Of a stretch of DNA of 36,583 nucleotides, positions 1 to 7,900 are shown piece by piece. Position 1 is the stretch's first letter. Each line of letters opens with the position of its first letter. The position numbers were made by a program, and so were the translations under genes. The DNA is taken from the NCBI GenBank assembly GCA_010093705.1, contig MU006128.1, positions 1 through 36,583 of the forward strand, in the 5' to 3' direction. The notes beneath the pieces are model-generated. The model had not been told where the DNA came from, made no database searches, and saw only the letters and a program-made list of their open reading frames with translations. Source of the DNA: Patellaria atrata CBS 101060. Taxonomy: Eukaryota.

Positions 1-59
1 GCTCCGGTTGGAATATTATATCGCCTTTCTAGAGGCCGTTGAAGGTGAACTTAATCTAG

Positions 60-331
60 TGTGACAATGTAGTATAGCTGTAGTAATCGTATTTTGACTA
101 TCTCTATTACTAACTACTAAGTGTGGAGATTAAGTTAAGGAACAATAATATCGTGGGCCGAATATCCGCACATAACAGTCCCGCCTTGCCAAGCCTCGGC
201 CCGACTATCTGCCGTTTAACCAATCAGCGCTCAGAGATCTTTTCCACGTCCGACCCGGCAAAGATCTCTTGCAAATAAACCAAACACTCAGCATAGGAAA
301 TACGGGATCAGCATTATAACATGTTATTATA
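60..331 (-). repeat. 272-bp 5' LTR of a leftward-running Ty3/Gypsy element (same family as H), weakly RIP-mutated
   Basis: Its reverse complement aligns over the full 272 bp with the RIP-mutated LTRs at 23596-23867, 24586-24857 and 35956-36227, mostly by C>T/G>A changes. The reverse complement of 1-59 matches the sequence after H's 5' LTR (24858 onward). Termini are TGTGACAA...TTATTATA. Confidence 0.88.
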
Positions 332-2545
332 ATACTTTTTAAGCTAAATATTAATTATATTATTAATTAATTTATCTAATTAGTTAATCTTAAAAGATTT
401 TATTATATTAAAATTTATATATTTTTATATTTTATTAATTTTAACTTTTTCTTTAATTAGATTAATCTATATATTTTAATTAAAAGATAAGTTTAATATA
501 ATAAAAGATTTTAAAGTAAAAATTAAAGATAATATATTAGTAAATAGATAGTTTAAAACTAGAAAAGATAAAAATATATTTAAATAAAAATATATTTAAA
601 AGTAGATAAAATAGTAAAAGTATTATTATAAAGATAAAAAAAGTTAAAAAATTAATAAAGATAATATTTAAAATATTAGAAAATTTTAATTAATCTTTTA
701 AAATTATATATAAGTTAAATTTATAATTATAAAATTAATAATAATTAAATATAATTATTTAATTTTTTATATAATTATAGATTCTATTTAATATTTAAAT
801 AATAATAGATTATCTTATTAATTAATTCTTTAATATTATAAAGTCTAATTATATAATCTCTAAATTAAAGTGAATATAATAATACTATCTATATTAAATA
901 TAAAATAAAAGATAATATTAAAAGAATAAATTAATATTATAATTTTAATAATATTTAACTAATAAATTAAAGTTAAATATTTAGCTTTAAAAATCTTTAA
1001 TATAAACTTTTAAAGATTTTAATAATCTTTTAATATAAAGTTATTAAGAATTAATTATTTAATATAAAACTTAAAAGATTCTCTTTACTATAATAATATA
1101 TATTATTAACTACTTTTAAAGCTTTAGATCTTTTTTAAATAATTAAAGTTAATTATCTCTTTTAAAATAAATAGTTAATTATTTTCTTTTATATCGATAA
1201 TATCGTTTTACTATACTTAAAATAATATAATAAAGAACTTTATAAATTTAAAATATAACTAATAATTATTTACTTTATAAAAAAGTTTAAAAATCTTTAA
1301 TATTTTCTTAATATATATATAATCTAAGATTTTAACGTTAAAAAGTTATAATTTTATTAAGATATTTATATTAAAAGTATTTATTTAAAATTTAATCTTT
1401 ATTATTAAAAGTTTCTTTTAATATTTTTATTTATTAAGTCTTTAAGATACTTTATAATTTAAATATCTTAATCTTAAATTTATTATTATTAATAATTAGT
1501 TAAATCTATTAATTAGCTAGCTATAATTATAAAACTAAATATTATAAAAATAGTTTTTAAATTATCTAAATATTTAACTAATTTATTAAATAAATATATT
1601 AATATTATAAAATAAACTTTAATATATTTATATAATATTAAATATTTAATTTTAGAATATTTTAATTAATTAAATAACTTTATTTTTATCTCTATAAATA
1701 ATACCTCTTTTATAAATAATTCTATAAATTAAAAAAGCTTTTAAAAGTATCTTTTTTCACTATTTAATAGATTAATTAATTAGAAAACTATAAAATAAGA
1801 TATAATTATTATATTAAATATTAAAGTTAAACTTTTAACTTTATCTTTAATTATTAAAAAGTTTATTATTTAATAATATCTTTTTAATAGAATCTCTTTT
1901 AATTTAAAGTATTAAATCTCGATTTTATATAATATTTAATAGACTTTATATCTCTTTAAGATTAATATATTTTAGTTAATAATAAAGCTTAAATATATAG
2001 ATATTTATTAATATTAACTTTATTAAAAAGTCTAAAAAGATTATATAAAAGTGAAATAAATATAAATAGTTAATATATTAATTAATAATCTTATTAAATT
2101 ATTATTTTATTAAAAATATAAAGTTTTTCTTAAATAATTAAAATTAATAGATTTTTAAAAGCTTTAATAAATATTAAAAATAATATATTAAAAAAAGAAT
2201 TAATAGTAAAAATATTATATTAAATTATTATTAAAATATTTATCTTCTTCTTAAATCTATATATTTTAAAAGAATATATTAAAGTATAAATCTTTTTATT
2301 AAACTAAAAATCTTAATAGAAAGAATAATTAAATATATCTTCTATTATCTTATATTAATTATTAGTATTATTTCTTTAATATAGTTATTTAGTAAATATT
2401 AACGTTATTATCTATATATTCTTAATTATCTAGTAGGTATAAACGTTATTATCTATATATTCTTATATATTTAAACGCTCTTTAGAATAGTTATTAAATA
2501 ATCGAGCGATTATCTTAATCATTTTTAGCACCCTTACGTCTAACA
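332..2545 (+). mobile_element. Element C: heavily RIP-mutated Ty1/Copia retrotransposon, 3' part (RT, RNase H, 3' LTR), inserted into element A
   Basis: FFYIDNIV at 1184-1207 corresponds to Copia RT FFYVDDIV. In the same frame from 1982, IKLKYIDIY*Y*LY*KV* corresponds to the Copia RNase H C-terminus TKLRHVDIHQHWLRQEVQ. It ends in TCTAACA at 2545, exactly where A resumes homology with B. Confidence 0.82.
2186..2545 (+). repeat. Probable 3' LTR of Copia element C (left boundary approximate)
   Basis: It lies after the end of RNase H and ends in TAACA. It contains a 24-bp direct repeat (2401-2424, 2442-2465). The start is inferred from TATTA (read as RIP-mutated TGTTA) after a purine-rich run. 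Confidence 0.5.
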
Positions 2546-2645
2546 CTATATATAGTAACATCTACCTAAAGCGTTCTATCGTTGCTTCGTAGGGTTCTAA
2601 GGAACTTAGGAGCTATACTTCTCGATCGTTCCTATTTCGAGTGGC

Positions 2646-5030
2646 TTAGTAGTTTTTTGCATAGCCATGCGCTGGGCAACCGGGTTCTACATATTCAGTC
2701 TAGTGTAGTCTGTCGTGCCTATCGTAATACGGGCCTTTGCGATGTTCTTTGCATTCGAGCTTTCGACATTCTCGTTTGATAACTGCGTCGTGGCTTGGAT
2801 TGCTTTTAATTCCCGCTCTCCATCTCTATGCTGTGTGATAATCACACCACATGCCTCTTATTGCGCATTGTCCGAAGTCTTGTGCGTCGCACTTAGTAAC
2901 GTGTTCGGGTGTTTCTTTATCGTTTTGGAGCACTTCTTGTCAGATGGCTGATCCCCGATAGCCTTATGTTGGAAGATCGTCAGGATCTCCAGGAGTTCGT
3001 GTTGGAGATCTTCAGAGCTAAATGCTCAGCTCCGACTTATCGGTTAAGTATCACCAAAACTATAACATTAGCTCACTCTTTTGATGTCATCTCTTATTTT
3101 ATATCTGACGTAGGTAGTATCGTTATGTTCGCCTTGATTTGGAGATTACGTAGCTAGGCTTCGTGACGTCAAAGGGTTAATCAATAAGGTGGTCTGTCAT
3201 TATATAAACACTAGATAGAATCCGTAGTTGTACGGAGAATGAAGCGACTACATTCAGTTACCCACAATCTCACACTTCTATCTCCCACGGGAATACTTTT
3301 CCTTTATAGAACTCTTCCTCTAAACCTCTATAGTACTAGCAATCCGTGCCATGTTCGCAGTCTTCCCACGTTGCTACTATACATCCCGCATGGATTAGTG
3401 TCTAATAGTGTCGCCTGCACCTAAGCTTGTCTATACAGTCGAAACTATCATACTTCCCATAATCGCCTACTAGTGGTTCGAGTCCTTAGTTCTTTTCAAG
3501 TATTCTTGTTTCGTCTTCGTGGATTTTGCATCCTTTTACCTGGCATTCGCTTTCAGGTAAGTGTACGTGTGTGGGATCTCGGTCCCTAAACTTTGCTGTG
3601 GCCTTCTACTGTTTATGATATAAGCAGTTATCCTCTTTACATTGCATCCGTCGAAAAGCGAGACAGTCTTCGGCTCTCGGTGCAAGGTTCAACTGTTGTT
3701 CTTCGACGATCGCGTCGGCATCGGATTCGGGTTCGATCGGTTCCCAATCTCGGAACTCTTGTTCGAGCTGTTGTTGTTGTTCCATAATCCGGTATGTGAG
3801 GCTTGGTCCGTCAGATGTTTGTACTCTGATCCTCTGACCCTGATTCTGTGCTGGGCATTCTGATACTGTGTGTGTACATACATTTCCACACGCCCAACAT
3901 TGTTGGTTGTTTAAACGTTGTCGGAGTGTCCCCTCCTCTAGCCAGTTTCCTGCTGTCGGGAACGGCGTCGGTGGCCTGCTTACCCCTATCTGGTATGGTA
4001 GCGGCATTTCTTCAATTTCTTCTTCATCGAGCGATGAGACGGGTGATGGTGGCGTCAGGTGCATGACTCTGAGTTGCATACGTCGGTTGTGTCGCGATGG
4101 TGATTGCGTCTTCTGTGGATAGTCTCTCTTGAAATGTCCCACTTCTCCGCATTATAGATATGCTCTGTTCGTAAAGCGTTCTTTCTCTTCTTAGGTGAAC
4201 TGTCGTTGTTTCTTCGACTTCTTTTGCTTTGTCTATTGTAGTCGGTCGAGGTCCATCGGGTCTCCTTAGTCTTGTCTGTTCGTGGCCCTTGTTACCTTCT
4301 TCCTGTACCTAACCATAACATTCTTCCGTCCTCCCTTTTCCTATCTACGCTCGTACAGCCTATTATCTATTCTAACTGCTAAGGTCACTACGTCCTGCAT
4401 AGTTGTTAGTCTCTTATAATGAACCCATTCGTCCTTCACTTCTTCCTTCAAACCTTGGTAGAAGGCGATCATTAGTGGTTCATCAGGCCACCCTAGTGTT
4501 GATGCTGCTTGTTGGAATGCGGTGGCATATTTTGAAGCTGACCCTTTCTGCTTAAGTCCTTGAAGCTTCCTCTTAGCTGCCTATTGCTCGTCGACTTCCC
4601 TAAAGACGTTCTTGAGCGTTTCTTCGAACTTTGGAAACGACTTGAAGATTTCAACCGTTTCGTCCTCTTGGTGTTCTTCGCTATTCTCAAGATAGTCTCG
4701 TGCAATGGGTTCGAACCATTCCAAAGCGTCTCCTTTAAGGTACGCTGATGCATCGAGTACACATTCATTGTCGTCCGTTAGCCCTATTCTCTTGTGATAG
4801 ATACTCACCTGGGTTATAAATCCTCTCAGCTCATCTCGTTTGCCATCGTATGGTGCGGGTTCTTTGACTTTCGCGGTCCGCTTCTATGGTGATAGCAACT
4901 GTGCGGTAAGTTGTTTAAGCTGGTCCCTAAGCTCTTAGACTATTCCTTCACTTTCGATTTCGTTGATGCGTTTATACAACGCCTGGATATGTTCTTTATC
5001 CGTCTTCGTGTTGGCTGCGGCTGACGATAT
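2646..5030 (-). pseudogene. gag: gag of element A (capsid, CCHC knuckle, array of extra Cys/His modules), disrupted by RIP stops and a solo LTR
   Basis: One frame contains KVKEPAPYDGKRDELRGFITQV, YLKGDALEWFEP and a knuckle (Y/C)YKCGEVGHFKRD(Y/C)-like motif. ORF-track pieces 4581-4808 and 3606-4142 are in this frame. The start codon is inferred from ATA at 5030-5028 (RIP-mutated ATG). Confidence 0.88.
2938..3274. mobile_element. 337-bp solo LTR inserted in gag of element A
   Basis: Termini are TGTCAGAT...ATCTCACA, with a perfect 5-bp TSD CTTCT (2933-2937 and 3275-3279). It is absent from the homologous position in B (about 11630). Confidence 0.9.
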
Positions 5031-5076
5031 CGTGTCTAGGTCTGTTATACGCTTTCCTACTACGTGGTAGTTATAA

Positions 5077-5573
5077 TGTTATAACGGGAGTCTATACTTA
5101 TCGAGATAGAACTGGATAAGTCTAGAAACGCGCCTGGCTTCTCACTTAACGTGGTTAACCACAAAGGTAGGTTTGGCAAAGTGATAGGATACGTATAATA
5201 AAGGCACTTTAAGTTGACGATATAACTTGCTAACTCCTTGACTTCGGGTAACGCTCACAATGAGACAAGACGTACTGTATGGAAACAGCGTGACAAGTGA
5301 AGTCAAGTTCAAAACCGTAACATCCAAATCTATGGGTAAGATTGATGGTAAGAATAACTACGAAGAACCTAAATACAAGTAGGGAAAGACCGTCCTTAAA
5401 TATTCCTATCCTCTATAGTTAATTTAGTGTTGCTCACACTACTTAGTGCTCAATACCTTTAAGCACCCTAATCACTGATCTCGTCACGTGATCTCCGTGT
5501 TGGTTGTTCCGTCCCGGCACCTCGTGCTACCGTTTTACTGGTGATGCTACCTTTCTATCTCGTGGCCGTAACA
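5077..5573 (-). repeat. 5' LTR of element A (497 bp)
   Basis: Termini are TGTTA...TAACA. Positions 5077-5427 match B's LTRs. It lies directly upstream of gag on the minus strand. Confidence 0.9.
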
Positions 5574-5726
5574 CTAGGCTCTAGCCTATTATAGTGGTGG
5601 GAAGTGTATCTATTAGGAATTAGCCACTTTCTCTCCAAAATATGGAGCTATTAAAATCTATTGTTATAAAGTCTATCACTTTACGTCTACTTGAATAAGA
5701 CAGATGATATTCAAAAAGAATTGGGG

Positions 5727-5747
5727 AAAAAAAATTGAGAAAGAAAA
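5727..5747 (-). terminator. RNA polymerase III oligo-T terminator of the tRNA-Asp gene
   Basis: The minus strand reads TTTTCTTTCTCAATTTTTTTT immediately after the tRNA 3' end. Confidence 0.8.
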
Positions 5748-5748
5748 T

Positions 5749-5838
5749 CTCTCCCTCGGGGAATCGAACCCCGGTCTCCCGCGCTTATACTCCTTACGGA
5801 ATGACAAGCGGAAATCATGACCACTAGACCAAGGAAGA
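5749..5838 (-). tRNA. tRNA-Asp(GTC) with an 18-nt canonical intron (5784-5801)
   Basis: The minus strand folds as a cloverleaf: acceptor TCTTCCT/AGGGAGA plus discriminator G, D-arm with A-box TGGTCTAGTGG, anticodon stem TCCGC/GCGGG with GTC (5805-5803), intron after position 37, and T-arm CGGGG-TTCGATT-CCCCG. Confidence 0.96.
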
Positions 5839-5954
5839 TATTGAAAGCCATAACGTCGACCACAAATTATATAGAATGCAACACTAACCCAAAGAAGACT
5901 AACCCACCAATCATGTTAGTCCATTAGCCTATTCGCTAGTTTTCCCTTTTCTAG

Positions 5955-6575
5955 TATTTAGATTTACTTTAAATATCTATTAAAGTATTAAATTTATATT
6001 ATAAAAATATTAAAAATATTAATTAAAATTAATTTATAAATTAATATTAAAAAAAGTAAATTTTATATAATAAAAATAAAGTTTTTTAACTTTATTATTA
6101 ATATTAATAAAATAATAATAAATTTAGAAAAAATTAAAATAATTTAAAATTAAAAATTATTAATAAATATAAAAAAAATCTTATTATTTAATAAATTTTA
6201 AAACTTTTATTAAAAGTTTTTAAAGAAATTTAAATAAATTATATAATTATTAATAATATAAATATAAAAAAAAGTTTAAAAATCATTTAAATAAAAAGAA
6301 AAAAAGATATTTAGAAAAATAAAAAAGTTAATTCTATTAAATTAAATATTAATATATTATAATTCTTTATTTAAAATAAAAATTAAATTTAATTATAATA
6401 ATAAAATTATTAGAATAATTATATTATAATTTTATAAATATATTTAAAAATTAATTATCTTTTAAATTAAAATATTATTAAAAATAAAATTAAAATATAA
6501 AATTTATAATAAAAAAATATTAATTATAATAAAAGTATTAATTAAATAAAAAAGTATATTAATAAAATTATAATA
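5955..6575 (+). mobile_element. Truncated, extremely RIP-mutated Gypsy pol fragment (RT C-terminus/RNase H) of the H/F lineage
   Basis: It is colinear with H at about 33240-33860 and F at about 20420-21040 (for example aaaagtaaattttatataataaaaataaagttt). No LTR is visible at its left end. Confidence 0.7.
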
Positions 6576-6604
6576 TATTATAGTTTAATATTTATATATA
6601 TATA

Positions 6605-7215
6605 TATTATAACGGGAGTCTATACTTATCGAGATAGAACTAGATAAGTCTAGAAACGCGCCTAGCTTCTCACTTAACGTGGTTAACTATAAAGGTAGGT
6701 TTAGTAAAATGATAGAATATATATAATAAAAGGCATTTTAAGTTGACGATATAACTTACTAACTCCTTAACTTTAGGTAATACTCACGATAAGATAAGAC
6801 GTACTATATAGAAATAGTGTAATAAGTAAAGTTAAGTTTAAAACCGTAATATCTAAATCTATAGGTAAGATTAATAGTAAGAATAATTACGAAGAATCTA
6901 AATATATAAGGAAAAGACCGTCCTTAAATATTTCTATTCTCTATAGTTAATTTAGGGTGCTTATACCCTTTTAAATATAATAGCCGTTCTAGACGTGGAT
7001 CTTCTTCCGCGTCCTTTACGTCCATTATATCTATAACTTAGACTCCCTAGACGTGGTGGACGTGGATCTCCTTCTACGTCCCTTACGTCCACTACGTCTA
7101 TAGTCTCTAGTCACGTGACCTTTAGTTACTAGTTTCACCCGTGGTTTCCCCGAGTGATATTCCTATTTTCCCCTTATTTATAGTTTATATATTCCTATAA
7201 TCTATAGCTATAACA
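6605..7215 (-). repeat. 3' LTR of element B
   Basis: Termini are TATTATAACGGG...CTATAACA. It is a direct repeat of 13428-14038. Confidence 0.93.
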
Positions 7216-7232
7216 CTATCCTCTCCCTTCTT
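7216..7232 (-). promoter_or_regulatory. Polypurine tract of element B
   Basis: The minus strand reads AAGAAGGGAGAGGATAG immediately before the 3' LTR. Confidence 0.85.
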
Positions 7233-7330
7233 AACTCTTATCCTAAGAGTTTATTCCTTTTACTTAGGTATAAAATAGATATATCGTCTATTTATTAAGC
7301 CGTATACACCTCTCTTTCCTTTCTTCTAAG

Positions 7331-7900
7331 ATGCCTCGAACTAAATCTCGCGTAGTTCGTCGTCGGCGTCTCGTAGCCTAAATTATATCCTCCGGTCGAC
7401 TAATACCCACTCCCTATTCGATCTATCGCCGTTAGTCTCGCATTTACCGTCTCGATCTCTCTTCCAGTTTCTATTCTAAGTGCGTGGCTCGTGGTTCTAA
7501 ATATAATCTCGTGGTAATATAAAGGGATTAGAATAAGCTAAACGCTTCGTGATCTAAGCTTCGTCGTAAGCTTACTAAGGCCCGGGTTTCTCGTGATAAC
7601 GTACACGCCCGGATATTAGAGGCTTTTACTCGTAAGGAGCGATTAATATAGTAGCTCTAGCTTCTCGATTAGAAGAAGGGCGAGATAATCCGCCGTAAGC
7701 TTAGTTCTATCGAGGAACTTAAGGCTTTAGAGCGAGTAGTCGAAGGATAGCGAGTTTCCTCGGTCGCCCTCTCTTCCTCCGCTATCGTGTCTTCTTCTAG
7801 TTAGTCTAATTTGGATTTTTCTACTCTCGAGGGTCTAGAATTCCCTAGTTTTAGCGATAAAACTATTTAAGTTTCTAATCGTAGTTCGTTAAGTGTTTAA
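7331..7900 (+). pseudogene. Antisense accessory ORF of element B: Zn(II)2Cys6-like cluster plus likely coiled coil, RIP-disrupted (3' end approximate)
   Basis: ATG at 7331 gives MPRTKSRVVRRRRLVA*IISSGRLIPTPYSIYRR*SRIYRLDLSSSFYSKCVARGSKYNLVVI*RD*NKL. Tyr/Cys codons at residues 29, 32, 39, 48, 51 and 58 give C-x2-C-x6-C-x8-C-x2-C-x6-C when TAT/TAC are reverted to TGT/TGC. Confidence 0.78.

Larger units (their letters stand above)
2546..5573 (-). mobile_element. Element A: Ty3/Gypsy retrotransposon, 5' portion (5' LTR, gag, start of pol), interrupted by Copia C just before the protease active site; same family as B
   Basis: It is colinear with B (about 11239-13777), with mostly transition differences. 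It has an LTR at 5077-5573, gag motifs and an AAAAAAC slippery site. Confidence 0.92.

Noticed and set aside
2582..4768. Short plus-strand and alternative-frame ORFs in the ORF track (for example 2582-2779, 2715-2951, 3593-3787, 3868-4122, 4560-4748)
   Set aside because: They are antisense or off-frame shadows of element A gag, or span the solo LTR, and contain no recognisable motifs.
5142..5327. 61-aa minus-strand ORF
   Set aside because: It lies wholly inside the LTR and has no protein features.
6576..6604. Possible start of element D's 5' LTR, split by the B insertion and continuing to about 14184
   Set aside because: It is plausible from TATTA...TAATA-like ends, but there is no second LTR copy in the window to confirm it, so it is not called.
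7331..7900. env-like third ORF, or an independent host transcription-factor gene
   Set aside because: It is antisense, has no evident signal peptide or transmembrane segment, lies between the two LTRs overlapping the pol tail, and is RIP-mutated like the rest of the element.
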